NCBI GenBank assembly: GCA_964016885.1
Contig: OZ024758.1
Location: forward strand, 27,280,001 to 27,344,000
DNA: 64,000 nt
Source of the DNA: Eledone cirrhosa
Taxonomy: Eukaryota
Direction: 5' to 3'
This document shows, in pieces, positions 13,244 to 26,847 of this stretch; position 1 is the stretch's first letter, and every line of letters begins with the position of its first letter. The notes below the pieces were generated by a model that was not told the DNA's origin, searched no databases, and saw only the letters and a list, made by a program, of their open reading frames with translations. Both the position numbers and the translations under genes were made by a program.

Positions 13244-14978
13244 GAAGAATGATAAAATTTCAAGCAAAGAGTTTAATTAGGTATATTTTGTAATATTATT
13301 AACTAATTATTATAATTAACGCGCATATTTTGCTATCCTCAAACACGTTTACACATGGCATGAAATATAACTAATCCGAGATGGCTAGGTTTCATCTTCT
13401 AACTGGATATACGAAATCCATTATGTCTTGACAACAACATGAGGTAACATTATGTTATTCACAGACACACTTTGTACACTGTTCCATATCAGAATGTATT
13501 TCCTTCGTCACATTCACAAACAGTATTGAAAATATGTTCTTCGGCAAATAAAAATGTTTTGTTCATAATATTTCAACTAGCGATTGCTCTACTCCACGCA
13601 CGACCACCATAAATTAATGACCAGCTCAACACAAGTATTGGTAGAGCGTCAGACACCATGCTTTGCAGTATTGTTATGGTCCTTTGCATTCTAAGTTCAA
13701 ATCCTGCCGAGGTTAACTTCGACTTTCATACTTACTAATTCGATAAAATAAAGTACCAGTAATGGACTGCCGTAATGGATTTGTGCCGAAAAATAGAAAC
13801 ACTATTAATGTGCAATAAGAGCAAAATATAACGACATTGCTCAATTATTTTATCTAATGTTGTAATAACACAAGGAAATGTTGTTTGTGTATTTTTTTTT
13901 ATATTTGCTCATAGGCTTTTACAATTTCGCTCAGCCAACAACTATTAAAAAGTGAGTTGCTTAAGATAACAATTTAATCACAAATTGTTGCTATCTTTTA
14001 ATACACTCCAACAAGTCATCAAATTATGTACAATAAAAACAAATCTTATTAATTTGCTCAGGGAATATAAAGAAAATGTATATACACTGATAATTGCAAT
14101 TGTATGTAAATATTTTGTTTTTGTATTGTATATTTTATGTTTTCTATTATGTATAATATATTGATTTAATATTGATTGTTTTTTGTAGTTGTTTATATTA
14201 AAAGTCTGAAAATATTTTTATACATCTTACACTAATATTTATAAGATAATTTATAATAACAATTACATAATCTAATTACATTACAACGATAATTTATTAT
14301 TAATATATATCCTGTTTAACTAGAGTTATTACAAGCGTTGCCTTAAAAAAATATTAAACTAGACATGAAAAATGCGCAAGCTCAAAAGTGCCACAGAATG
14401 TTATAATAAACCTTCAAAAGTGTGGGACTAGAGTTGTTGCTAAAAAATATTGTAATCATTATATATCGTACATTCTGTGGCATCCTTTATAAAAATAGCT
14501 TAAACCAACGAAGCCTTTATTTTTACGCTATTTCACTTAGTTAATTCTTAGAGTGTAACATATAAAAATAAATACATCTATGTTTAATGTAATAACAACA
14601 GCTATAAATAATTACGTAATATTATTATCATATACTCATAGTAACAAAATAATTGTGTTGAAATTTAATATGATGCTTATATGAACGATCAAATCTATAA
14701 TGATAATTTCTTAAATATACTAATAGTAAAATAATTTAGTTATCTATTGTTACATTTTCATAGAACTATAATATTAACAATCGTATTGCATTATCAAATT
14801 TTTATCACTACAAACTTTCATATTGGAATTACCTTAAGCCACTTATTATTACTTCGCTTTCGTACTTTTACAGCTGTAGATATTGCGCTGTATCTTATAT
14901 CTAATATCAATATCTCGTGGTAATTTGCATGAAGTGTAAAATAGGTTTATTAATAACTTTAATATGAAATGTATTATA

Positions 14979-15066
14979 CAGGGCTGCGGAGTCGGCCAAA
15001 AATTGACTGGCTCCAACTCAGGATCCGATACTCCATTATTTCCTAAATTTCAGCTCCGCAGCTCTG
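14979..15066. mobile_element. Small hAT-like MITE
   Basis: TIRs CAGGGCTGCGGAG / CTCCGCAGCTCTG with near-identical 8-bp flanks GTATTATA / TTATTATA. Confidence 0.65.
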
Positions 15067-15604
15067 TTATTATATTAATTAATTTATTTTAATCAACCAC
15101 AAAAAAAAAAAAACAATTAAACCAGGCTATAAGATTAAGTCTTTTAATCTTATAGCCCGGTACGAATAGAACCTATGAAGAAATAATTGTTTCTACTTTT
15201 GGCACAAGGCCAGCAATTACCCAGTGCATTACTGGTAGAAATAATAGATAAATAAACGACAGCCATCTATTCGCGATCAACAACTATAGAATATTTATCC
15301 ACTATTTCTAATAGCACGTGGAAATCAATTAAATATATCGTCAACCATACACAATTAGGTATAAAATTAAAGTTAGAAGAAAAAAATGTATATAAACATG
15401 TGCGTGTGTGTGCGCGCACGTATGTAATTATTTTATTTATATAGATTTATAGGGGGAAAAGGAAAGTTAGAACTTCACAGCTGTCGACTTGTTTCACGCC
15501 CCCGTATCAGTCAGATACGTAAAGGGTGTGTATATAGTTGTATAAATACTGATATATATACAGTAGTGGTAGTTGTTGTTGTTGTTGTCGTCCCCCCACC
15601 ACCA

Positions 15605-15890
15605 CGTCGGTTCCAACGACGGGTGTTCCAGTTGATTTGATCAACGGAACAGCCTACTCGTGAAATTAACATGCAAGTGTCCGAGCATTCCTCAGAGACG
15701 TGTGCCCTTTAACGTAGTTCTCCGAAATTCAGCGTAACACAGTGGCTGACAAGGCTGACTCTTTGAATTACAGGCACAACTCATTTTGCCTGCTGAATGA
15801 ACTGAAGCAACGCGAAGAAGCCAACGTGCCGGCGGTAATCGAACTCGCAATCTCGTGAGCCAACCACTCAAACCACTAAAGTCTGTGTGT
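15605..15890 (-). mobile_element. Second, unrelated SINE family copy (tRNA-like head at right end)
   Basis: Right end contains the reverse complement of a B-box-like GAGTTCGATTACC. ACTGAAGCAACGCGAA matches the repeat at 54520-54645; a related remnant lies at 7545-7650. Confidence 0.5.
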
Positions 15891-16167
15891 TCACTATCTT
15901 ACCAGTGCACTCTCATGGAGTGATCAAATGAGGTTTATTTTTTAACATAGTCCCCGGAAAGACACACTGCAGTTATTAATAAGAAGAGTTGAAATTAATG
16001 CAAGCGCGATTTCACAGCTCTAGCACTACTCCTTCATAGTCAGCCGATTCTTCTATACTTTACTGTTGCATAAATTAATATCCGGCAAAATGTTAATTTG
16101 ACGATATTGTCAGTCGAATGGTTATTCCCTTTTAACATTCGATAGTTTATTATTTCAATAATAGTGT

Positions 16168-16355
16168 GGTGGATTGGCAGTATCGGTAGAGAGTTGGACA
16201 CCATGCTTTGCAGCATAGAGTTACAGTCCTTTATCGTCTGAGTTCAAATCCCACCGAGGTAAACTTTGCCTTTCATCCTTACGGGGTCGATAAAATAAAG
16301 TACCAGTAATGCACTGGGTAATTACTGGCCTTGTGCCAAAAGTAGAAACAATTAT
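16168..16355 (+). mobile_element. Main SINE family copy
   Basis: Full head, central block and tail. Confidence 0.9.
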
Positions 16356-16393
16356 TTCAATAATAAATTTTATTTCTACCATTTAAGATATAA

Positions 16394-16782
16394 GGCGCCG
16401 AATTGCCAGAGACATCAGGTCGTCGGATTAAACATTCCTCGGCATTTGAACCAGCTAACTGAGACGTCAGGTCGTCGGATTAAACATTCCTCGGCATTTG
16501 AACCAGCTAACTGAGACGTCAGGTCGTCGGATTAAACATTCCTCGGCATTTGAACCAGCTAACTGCGCTCTAAGTTGAAATCTCGCTGAGTTCAACTTTG
16601 CCTTTCATATTTTCGTAATCTAAAAAATAAAGTACCAGGACTACGTTAGATTCTCTTCTGTTCACTCTTTCTTTCCCCTAGAAGAAATCGGATGTGTTCT
16701 GACCAGGAGATGGAAGGGATCTGACAGGTTTTGAAATGCACAAGACTCGCTGCGTGTCAGGACGGCGCCCCTGCGACTCCAT
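16394..16782 (+). mobile_element. Alternative-tail SINE with a 52-bp head segment triplicated (16409-16565)
   Basis: GAGACGTCAGGTCGTCGGATTAAACATTCCTCGGCATTTGAACCAGCTAACT x3, followed by the central block and the GAAGAAATCGG tail. Confidence 0.75.
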
Positions 16783-17119
16783 TATTAATTAAGAGCCCTT
16801 TACCTTTTTCAATTTAAGATATTAATACATTTTCATTGTAATATAGCGAATTGGCAGAATAGTTAGAACATGAGATAAAATACATCAAGGTTATTCGTTC
16901 AATGTCTGTACGGTTTGTGGTCGACTCCGGCCGAGGTTGAATTTACTTGATCTTAATAAAGTACCAGCCAGTCGATGAGTGGTATCGATTCTTCTATTCC
17001 CACGGACAAAGCTAACTGGCAAGGGACCCAGGGAGTAGGCATTCATAAACTAAACCAAGTAGTATAGGGAAGTGACATAACCAATGACTGGTATAGTAGA
17101 ATCCGCACTAACTGCTACA

Positions 17120-17445
17120 AGGATAAAGAAGATGCACAAAGAGAGAGGTAATTACAAAGGCATGAAATTGCTGAATCAGGCAACGAAGGTTACAGAAAGA
17201 GGGCTATTAAAACTGATTAAGGACAGAATTAATCTTGATGAAATGCAGTTTAGGATTATGTCAGAGGAAAGTACTACTGACGCCATCTTCCTAGTGAGAC
17301 AACTGCAGAAATACTTAGCTAAGAATAAGCCCCTTTACATAGCATTCATTAACCTAGTCACGTTTGAGGATCCAGCAGGATCAGTTGGAGACGCTTGATT
17401 CTGACAGGACCCGCTGGAGGGAGTGTTTGAGGACTCTGCCCCCAC
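17120..17445 (+). pseudogene. RTE-clade LINE reverse transcriptase fragment fused to an RTE C-terminal remnant
   Basis: NYKGMKLL..KV.ER..LDEMQF..STTDAIFLVRQLQ..LYIAFINL matches RT domains 1-2. The next ORF reads LETLDSDRTRWRE. Confidence 0.8.
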
Positions 17446-17732
17446 GACCCTCTCAGGAATATGTGGGAGACGTTTACTTCTGTCAGGACCCGCTGGAAGG
17501 AGTGTTTGAGGACTCTGCCCCCACGACCCTCTCAGGAATAAGTGGGCAAAGAAGAAGATTCTTCTTCTATTCCCAATTCCACATTACCTCTCTGAATTGT
17601 AACTGGAATACAAATGTCTAGCCAAGTCAGATTCTATCTCACCGATTCAGCATTATGATTGCCTCATGTGGACACGTGTCTGTGGAATAGTCAGCTGTAA
17701 ATACGTTAATTTCATGTGAATTCTGAATATGA

Positions 17733-18288
17733 TTTTTCTTCTTCTTCTTCTTTTTCTTTTTTCTTTTTTTTTCTTCTTTTCTTCTTTTTTTTTCTTCTTT
17801 TCTTCTTTTCTTCTTCTATTCTTTTTCTTTTCTTTTCTTTTTCTTTTCTTTTCTTTTTCTTTTCTTTTTCTTTTCTTTTTCTTTTCTTCTTTTCTTCTTC
17901 TTTTCTTCTTCTTTTCTTTTCTTCTCCTTTTCTTCTTCTTCTCTTCTTTTCTTCGTCTTTTCTTCTTCTCTTCTTTTCTTCGTCTTTTCTTTTTCTTTTT
18001 TTCTTTTCTTCTTCTCTTCTTTTCTTCTTTTCTTCTTTTCTTCTTCTTCTTTTCTTTTCTTCTCCTTTTCTTCTTCTTCTCTTCTTCTCTTCTTTTCTTC
18101 GTCTTTTCTTCTTCTCTTCTTTTCTTCTTCTTCTCTTCTTTTCTTCTTCTTCTTTTCTTATTTTCTTCTCCTTTTCTTCTTCTTCTCTTCTTCTCTTCTT
18201 TTCTTCGTCTTTTCTTCTCTTCTTTTCTTCTTCTTTTCTTTTCTTCTTTTCTTCTTCTTTTCTTCTTCTTTTCTTCTTCTTCTTCTTC
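17733..18288. repeat. Polypyrimidine (CTT/CTTTT)n tract
   Basis: Almost pure C/T simple repeat. Confidence 0.95.
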
Positions 18289-18409
18289 AAACGTAACATC
18301 AACCACTTCTCTACTATATGTTCACTATGATCACGAATGAAACGTTCTTGATAACTCTCTTTATTGATGATTGATCATAGAAACAGTAGCAGGTGAGGCA
18401 ACAACTCCC

Positions 18410-18745
18410 GCTCTGTATCTCCGGTTAATCCTCCTCCTTCTCCTCCTCCTGGCGGGCGACATCGTGATCAACCCCGGACCTATCTGTGCCCAGAGTGTGC
18501 CAAGACGATTCGCCGTGACATCGCACCATTCATCTGCACGGCTTGCCCACGCGACTTCCACAGGAAATGTAGCGGCTTGACTCGAGTTCAACAGAAGAGT
18601 CATCAAAGCGTCGTCTGCAGTTTCTGTCGGGGAAACAGCAGACGACGCTTATGTCGCCAGCAAATGATCAAAATCTCCGATGCCACCTATGCCAGGGAAA
18701 GACCCGATCAAATGTCAATCATGCTCAAACAATGCGCATAGATAA
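18410..18745 (+). pseudogene. 5' coding end of a non-LTR retrotransposon: 2A-like peptide followed by PHD finger(s)
   Basis: LLLLLLAGDIVINPGP, then after a 1-nt frameshift YLCPECAKTIRRDIAPFICTACPRDFHRKCSGLTRVQQKSHQSVVCSFC (C4HC3). A second partial finger reads IKCQSCSNNAHR. Confidence 0.75.
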
Positions 18746-18859
18746 TGAGTGGATTGTTATCACCACCAACTCTGCTCCAGCATGGGTGAAGTCGTGGGTC
18801 TCCCACACGCCAGTCTAGCGCTACTGAGAGTAATCCTCAGGCGCCTGCGGTAGCAAAAC

Positions 18860-19397
18860 AAACAAACAGCAGCAGCACTAGCAGCAGCAGCAGAGACAAC
18901 AGCAACACATTACAAGGATAACATGCAACAACATACAACAACATACAACGACAGCAATAACAGCAACTGCAACAATAACAACTGCAACAACAGCAACACA
19001 TAACAGCAACAAACAACGACAACTACAGCAGCAACAACAGTAGCGACAATAACAACACCAGCAACAACAACAGCAGCAACAACAGTAACAAAAGCAACAG
19101 TAGCAGCGACAAGAACAGCAGCAGCAGCAACAACAACAATAACAGCAACAGCAGCAGCAACAACAAGAGCAACAGTAGCAATAACACCAGCAACAACAAC
19201 AGTAACAACAACAGTAACAATAACAGCAACAACAACAGTAGCAATAACAGCAATAACAGCAACAGTAGCAATAACAGCAACAGTAGCAATAACAGTAGCA
19301 ATAACAACAGTAGCAATAACAGCAACAACAACAGTAGCAGCAATAACAGCAATAACAGCAACAACAGTAACAACAACAACAGTAGTAACAACAACAC
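18860..19397. repeat. (CAA/CAG/TAA/TAG)n trinucleotide tract
   Basis: Simple repeat; it explains the poly-Leu ORF. Confidence 0.95.
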
Positions 19398-19796
19398 TTT
19401 CGCTAATAAATCAAGGAAGTATCTGTCAAGTTGTTGAGAAATGGTTTACGGAGTGACTTCCATTAGAATTATTCAATAGTTTGAAATATTTGTATTACCT
19501 TTTGCCGACACAAAATGTCACTAGTTTCATTAGATTTTTACTGTTTTTATGATTTTCTCTATGTTGTCTTCCATCATCATCAGCTTTATCATCACCATCA
19601 CCATCATCATCATCGTCTTTATGATCATCATTGTCTTGTTCATCATCATCATCATAATCGTTATCATAATTCTATGTCAAAATGTTCATGCTTTCATAGG
19701 TTGGATGGGTCTTTTCCAGCATTACTTCTTTTATTGCAGTCATTTGTGAGTTTCAGAGATTTGCGATCAGTTCTCTCCAATCCTAACCACACCTTG

Positions 19797-20722
19797 CTTG
19801 GTTTTCCTTAGTCTTCCTTGTTTGTTTTTTTTGTTTTTTGTTTTTTGGGGGTTTTTTGGTTTTTTATCTTCCTTGGTTTTCCTTAGTTCTTCCTTGGTTT
19901 TCTTTAGTTCTTCCTTGGTTTTCTTTAGTTCTTCCTTGGTTTTCCTTGGTTTCCTTGGTTTCCTTGGTTTTCCTTTGTTCTTCCTTGGTTTTCCTTAGTT
20001 CTTCCTTGGTTTTCCTTGGTTTCCTTGGTCTTCTTTGGTTTTCCTTAGTTCTTCTTTGGTCTTCCTTAGTTCTTCTTTGGGTCTTCCTTAGACTTCCTTG
20101 GGTCTTCCTTGGTCTTCCTTGGTTTTCCTTAGTCTTCCTTAGTCTTCCTTAGTCTTCCTTAGTCTTCCTTAGTCTTTCTTGGGTCTTCCTTGGGTCTTCC
20201 TTAGACTTCCTTGGGTCTTCCTTGAGTCTTCCTTGGTTTTCCTTAGTTCTTCCTTTGTTTTCCTTAGTTCTTCCTTGGTTTTCCTTAGTTCTTCCTTGGT
20301 TTTCCTTAGTTCTTCCTTGGTTTTCTTTAGTTCTTCCTTGGTTTTCCTTGGTTTCCTTGATTTTCCTTAGTTCTTCTTTGGTCTTCCTTAGTTCTTCTTT
20401 GGGTCTTCCTTAGACTTCCTTGGGTCTTCCTTGGGTCTTCCTTGGTTTTCCTTAGTCTTCCTTGGGTCTTCCTTAGACTTCCTTGGGTCTTCCTTGGTCT
20501 TCCTTAGTCTTCCTTGGGTCTTCCTTAGTCTTCCTTGGGTCTTCCTTAGTCTTCCTTGGGTCTTCCTTAGTCTTCCTTGGGTCTTCCTTAGACTTCCTGG
20601 GTCTTCCTTGGGTCTTCCTTAGTCTTCCTTGGGTCTTCCTTAGACTTCCTTGGGTCTTCCTTAGACTTCCTTGGGTCTTCCTTGGTCTTCCTTAGTCTTC
20701 CTTGGGTTTCCTTGGTCTTCCT
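19797..20722. repeat. 10-13 bp minisatellite (TCTTCCTTAG / TCTTCCTTGG(G) variants)
   Basis: Direct tandem variants over about 920 bp. Confidence 0.9.
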
Positions 20723-20877
20723 CCACTGCATATTTGAAAATTCTTGGGGTTTCATTATATATTTGTCTGCATGATTTTTAAAATCATTCATATCAATATA
20801 AAGATTGCTTCTGTTTTCAGAATCCACATTTTCGTTATCTCTATTTCCAGATTTTATGATGGGTAATCTTTCAATTT

Positions 20878-21060
20878 CTTTTAATCGATAATTCTTCGAT
20901 ATCTTTTAGAGATATATCACCGACTGTTGGTGGAGATTCTTCGATTAAGAAGCACTACCTTTGCAGGATATCCTTGACAACAATATCCGACCAGATCTAC
21001 CTGTCTGTGTGGCTTCACATATACCAAAATCTGGTCGCTTTGTCATTCGCCGAAACCTTC
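20878..21060 (-). pseudogene. Highly decayed R4/Dong-like restriction-like endonuclease fragment
   Basis: Manual translation FWYM*SHTDR*IWSDIVVKD..CFLIE..P...DISLKDIEELS resembles the W-D..I.TDR....RPDIVV.D....LID...P....K..EK pattern. Confidence 0.5.
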
Positions 21061-21071
21061 TGTTAGTATTC

Positions 21072-21445
21072 AATAATTGTTTCTACTCTTGGCACAAGGC
21101 CAGCAATTACCCAGTACATTACTGGTACTTTATTTTATCGACCCCGTAAGGATGAAAGGCAAAGTTTACCTCGGCGGGATTTGAACTCAGATCATAAAGG
21201 GACGTAACTCTTTGATGCAAAGCATGGCGTCCGACTCTCTACCGATACTGCCAATATTCAATAATTGTTTCTACTTTTGGCACAAGGCCAGCAATTACCC
21301 AGTAAATTACTGGTACTTTATTTTATCGACCCCGTAAGGATGAAAGGCAAAGTTAACCTCGGCGGGATTTGAACTCAGACCGCAAAGGGACGTAACTATG
21401 CTGGAAAGCATGGCGTCCGACTCTCTACCGATACTGCCAATATTC
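21072..21445 (-). mobile_element. Two adjacent main-family SINE copies
   Basis: Two reverse-complement copies separated and flanked by TATTCAATAA. Confidence 0.9.
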
Positions 21446-21721
21446 AATAATGCTGGCATAACTTTCAAACCAATGTCTTTAGATGTGTTCTTCTTTCTTT
21501 TTTGAGACGCGGCAGCCAAAGTGCTTATTTTTTACCCCATCTCTATAATTACTTAATGTATTCACTTTCATTATATGTTTCTGATGACTTCTGGTGGGGA
21601 GACTTGGATCTTGTGCCGCAGTCAAGAATCCTTCAGTCTGAGCTAAATTTATTCTTTCTTTCTTTCTTTCTTTCTTCCTTTCATTCTTTTTCTTCTTTCT
21701 TCTTCTTCTTCTTATTCTTAT

Positions 21722-22388
21722 TGTGAATTGGCAGTATCGGTAGAGGGTTGGACGTCATGCTTTCTAGCATAGTTACCTCCCTTTACAGTCTAAGTTCAAA
21801 TCCCGCCGAGGTTAACTTTGCCTTTCATCCTTACGGGGTCGATAAAATAAAGTACCAGTAATGTACTGGGTAATTGCTGGCCTTGTACCTAAAGTAGAAA
21901 CAATTATTATTCTTATTCTTCTTATTCTTCTTCTTCTTATTATTATTATTGCGGTGGATTGGCAGTGTCGGTAGAGCGTTGGACGCTATGCTTTGATGCA
22001 TAGAGTTACGGCCCTTGCCATTCTGAGTTCAAATCCCGCCGAGGTTAACTTTGCCTTTCATCCTTACGGGGTCGATAAAATAAAGTACCAGTAATGTACT
22101 GGGTAATTGCTGGCCTTGTACCTAAAGTAGAAACAATTATTATTCTTATTCTTCTTATTCTTCTTCTTCTTATTATTATTATTGCGGTGGATTGGCAGTG
22201 TCGGTAGAGCGTTGGACGCTATGCTTTGATGCATAGAGTTACGGCCCTTGCCATTCTGAGTTCAAATCCTGCCGAGGTTAACTTTGCCTTTCATCCTTAC
22301 GGGGGTCGATAAAATAAAGTACCAGTAACACACTGGGTAATTTGCTGGCCTTGTGCCAAAAGTAGAAACAATTATTATTATTATTATT
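21722..22388 (+). mobile_element. Three tandem main-family SINE copies with a duplicated (TTC/TTA)n linker
   Basis: Copies start at about 21722, 21951 and 22185. The linkers at 21901-21950 and 22134-22184 are identical. Confidence 0.9.
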
Positions 22389-22932
22389 AAAGTGATAGAC
22401 GGCAGAATCTGTAGAACGACAATTTGCAACATATAGTTACGTCCCTTGACGTTATGAGTTCATATATCCCGATTAAATCGACCACATTCCTCAAAACGTA
22501 TGGCTTTGTGGCTATATTAGAAATCCTTATTATCATGCTTGAAGTAAGTTTAATAAACCTTTTTTTTTTTCTTCTCTTAAAGATGTTATCTCTAATTGAC
22601 ACTTCATTAATTTTGCACTGAAATTCAGTAAATTACCCTTTGATAGGGACATCATCACTCTCGCTTCCTTTACACATGACAAGATCAATACGCCATTTTG
22701 TTTTCTGCGGACAAAGCAAGTTTCTTTAATTATCATATTTGCTTTCCCTAAGGATATGGAATGATATGGTTGGGAATAAAAGAAATATACACTCACACAT
22801 TGATTCATGCACAAACACGCATGCATGCATACATATGTATATACATGAGAGGGAGAGAGACTATATAAGCAGAGAGGAGGAGAAAGAGCTATTTTTTGTA
22901 TAAACGTAGACGTATACATACATTCACATGAG

Positions 22933-22971
<39 letters not shown>

Positions 22972-23047
22972 TATATAAATATACGTGTTTATATATACGT
23001 ACGTATATACGTATATGTATATAAATAATTGTATGAGTGCTTATGTA

Positions 23048-23080
<33 letters not shown>

Positions 23081-24426
23081 TGTAACAATATGTAAAGAAA
23101 TTTAATTAAATCGGTTAGTCAACAATTTTATCTTTGTGATCTGAGAAATCATATCATCATCATTTAATTAGAAAAGCCGCCATGTTTGTTTAGTTATTTT
23201 AGATGAAATTTCTCGCTTGTCGTATAAATTTCCTATTTTATGTTAAAATTCCTTGCATAGTTTTTTGTTTGCTTGAGAGCGCATAACTTTATTGGGTATG
23301 TTCGAAACAAATATTTGATGAAACGATACAAATTAAATATACCTGTTTGCAGTTTTGTTGTTGCTTTCGACCTTCACAAAATATCATTGATCGCCAGCCA
23401 AAATTAGTAAAATGAATTTCATTCTAATTTGAAGAAAAGAAAAATATTGTTGAAGACATCAATAAAATGTAACTGAATTCACTAAGCTAATGAAATAAAA
23501 TGTTTAATAAATTGTTTCATTTTTAATATATAACTGTTAATTATTGCTCAAAGCGTCGTTAGAGCGACGGATAAAAAATACTTGGCGGTATTTGTTCCGG
23601 TTCTCTGCGCTCTGTGTTGAAATCACGCCGGACCCAACTTTACTTTTTCTTCTTTCGAGCAAGTGTGGTAGATTGGCGGTTTAGTCTGAGGTGGGGGAAG
23701 CGATATCCATAGTTATTTTCAGGGACTCCGAGACTGATGTGAAGTAAGAAGGTATTCCCAAACTGAAGATTTGGCTTGAATTCTTACAGCAGAGAGAACC
23801 CCATTAAAGTCCCTGAGGACGAGCTAGTAATGTTAGGATGGGCGGCGGATTATGTTTACACCACCCGTGCAGACCACGACAGGATTTCAATACAGAATCT
23901 CGGAACAAATACCGCAAAGAATTTCGTTCGAGGCTTTAATATTTCTCCCAATCTATTGCACAGAACTAGTACTTTATTTTGTCAACGCCAACAGAACGAG
24001 AAGCAAAGTTGACCTCGGCGAGATTTGAATTCAGAGCTCAGGGAACTAGATTAAACACCACAAGGTATTTTGTCCTACTCTAACGACTTTAATCGTCCTC
24101 GGTATGATGAATGTTTCCGCAAATCACATGACGGTAATGAACTTTAAACATTAGAATAGCTTGTTATATTAGAGACCTTTGATACATTTCAGAAACCGCA
24201 TGAGTAAAGTGTCACTCTCCAGCATTAAGGATTCATAACTAAAACTGTAGAATCTCTCACACCAAACAGCAAACATTTTCAATTTTATAAACAAAGCTAA
24301 TAACACAGTGATGGAAAACACTTTGATGGGGTTGTCCAAATAAGATAAACTTAAATAAGTAAATGGCAATGTTTTTCAAGAGTTTAATGGAATTAGGAGA
24401 GAAATTTGCATTCCTTTCCCGAAGTT

Positions 24427-24478
<52 letters not shown>

Positions 24479-25049
24479 TCACATTCTTCACAATTAAATC
24501 GTTACAAGATTGCAGTGTTGTTTTGTAATAGCTCGATATAGAATTCTCACACTCGCTAGCATAACACAATCTCTAAAAACGTAAAGACCGTGGTAAAAAC
24601 GCAGTTGTCGAATAACCGTGGGATTTCATCAGAAAAAAATAAAATAAAATGCAACCTTTTGTTGTTGTTTTTTTTCTTATCGTATAGTTTCAGATGACAG
24701 ATGGGTTTGCAATACGAGGATGTGAACAGGCGCAATAAAGCAATAAACCATTATAGCAACAGTATTCTAATTGTATTTCAAGCAATGCATTTACGAAATT
24801 TAGTTTAAAATAAAGTCAAAGTTCAATTTGATAAAATCAACCAAGGAAGAAAGATATATCGGACCTTGTGTGTATACATGCGTGTGTATATACATGTGTG
24901 TGTGTGTGTGTGTATACATGTGTGTGTGTGTATACATGCGTGTGTATACATGTGTGTGTATGCGCACATTAACATCTTTGTATATATGTATGTGGAAGAA
25001 GGTCATTCTCCTGGGATTCATTGAAAACAAAGTGTAGTTTGAGCTCCGA

Positions 25050-25097
<48 letters not shown>

Positions 25098-25254
25098 ACA
25101 TAATATGCATACAGGTGTGTTTATAAATGTATGAAAAAAGGAATCAATACGTAACTGTAGGAGTTAGAGAAAAGCAATGAAGAATGACCTGATGCTGAAT
25201 GAAAACAAAAGCAATATATACATACACACACACACACCGACCACAACTAAATAT

Positions 25255-25795
25255 GGAATGATACGCGATGCCCCCCCCCCCCCCCACACACACAGCCCCA
25301 GCGGTCAGAATGGAGAAGGCGTTTCCCCGGAGGACAGCAAAGGAGACGCGCTGGAAAATCCACTCCAACTCGCGGGGCTTACACCTGCGGCTGGTCAGCT
25401 CAGCGCCTATGGTGGTGAGTAGGGAGGTAGTCCTGGGGCCGAGGACACTAGAAGTCTCCACTGCCAGAGGTACAACCGCAAACCTGTCAGAGAGCGACCG
25501 GTATTTGAGGAGTTTAGCCCCCTCAGCCCGACGTGCAGCAGAACCTGGGTCAGTCGCAGACTGCACCAGGATGCGGCTGCAGAAAGTGTCGGTGCAAGTG
25601 GCATCCCAGACGAGGGGTTTGCCATTGCGGAACGGGAAGATGGTCATGCCATCAGGCCTTTTGCCGTCCCCTCGGTCCAGCCCCACCGGCACGAGCTGGG
25701 AAGGGAAGCCTGCAGCGTCCAAGCCATGCTTTATTACCTCGTTGAGGGCAGCATGGCGTGGAAGGCAGCCGGCACTGTGGCGACAGGAAAGCTGG
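25255..25795 (-). pseudogene. CRE-like non-LTR retrotransposon 3' fragment (zinc knuckle end plus restriction-like endonuclease)
   Basis: SCRHSAGCLPRHAALNEVI..RPDGMT..WDATCTDT..K..KY..L..PLAVETSSVLG..FQRVSFAVLRGNA. GC-rich compared with the flanks. Confidence 0.85.
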
Positions 25796-26165
25796 TTTAA
25801 ATTTATGTATTAACAGTTTAACTTCGTTCCGCGTTGTCTTAGACGTACTTATTGAAGTCTATGACACCTAACTCGTCAGATGCTTTGAGAAAACGTCATA
25901 GAGAGGAAAAATATGGCTACCAAATGAGAATTGTTCGGAGCTTCAATTGGTTGGCTCAGGTCATATGTTGCAATGGACATTTCAGCGATAACTACACGCG
26001 AAAGATGAGAGTTTAGCGACAACAAACGACGCTGAGTATCTGCTGCCGCTGTTTCATGCGATAAGGTTGATAACTTCGGCATCATTTTCCGTATTGGCAT
26101 GCTCTATAGTTCTTCGGTGTTAGCTGTGATTGTGCAAGATGAATAAGGGTTGACTATCCTGTTTT

Positions 26166-26201
<36 letters not shown>

Positions 26202-26475
26202 TATTTTATATATATATATATATAAACTTATTTTAATACCGCTGGAGCCACTTTTTTCACATAAAAACAGGTAGAATTTCCAAAACTAATCAGATTAGAG
26301 CAAACATCACGGACGCTCTATCTCAAAATTATTTTTGAAAAGCATTAGAAATGCGCAACCGGTAAAACTTAAAACCAAAACTGAATACTAACCAATACTA
26401 TTACTAATTCTCACTTATTCCTAATTAAACTATTTTTCACTGTGAACAATTTGTCAGCATTTTCTTTTCCGTTTA

Positions 26476-26537
<62 letters not shown>

Positions 26538-26661
26538 GGAGGTGAGTTTTATTGTAGTACAATAAAGCAATGCAGATATCGGATAAGAAGCACTCTACAG
26601 TTTGTAGGACTGGAGTATACATAATATATAAGAACAAAAGATGGTTAAAGGAGTTCCATGT

Positions 26662-26730
26662 ATTTTATTATGCGCATTTCAAAAACAAATATCATCATGC
26701 AATAATATTTGTGTTTTCATCAGATAAAAC
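26662..26730 (-). ncRNA. Type I hammerhead ribozyme
   Basis: Reverse complement of 26848-26916. Confidence 0.85.
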
Positions 26731-26847
26731 AGGACATGATATGAAGGCTAAAAAACACTTGTGGATAGTTCAGTTTTAAATCAACATATGTTGATTTAAA
26801 ACTGAACTATCCACAAGTGTTTTTTAAACTTCATATCATGTCTTCCT

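Noticed and set aside
15478-15525. Possible hammerhead on the minus strand (CTGACTGA..GAAACAAGTC)
   Set aside because: Core spacing is wrong and stems I and III are not convincing.
17653-18340. K/R/E-rich and F/S/L-rich ORFs
   Set aside because: Open in several frames on both strands of a C/T simple repeat.
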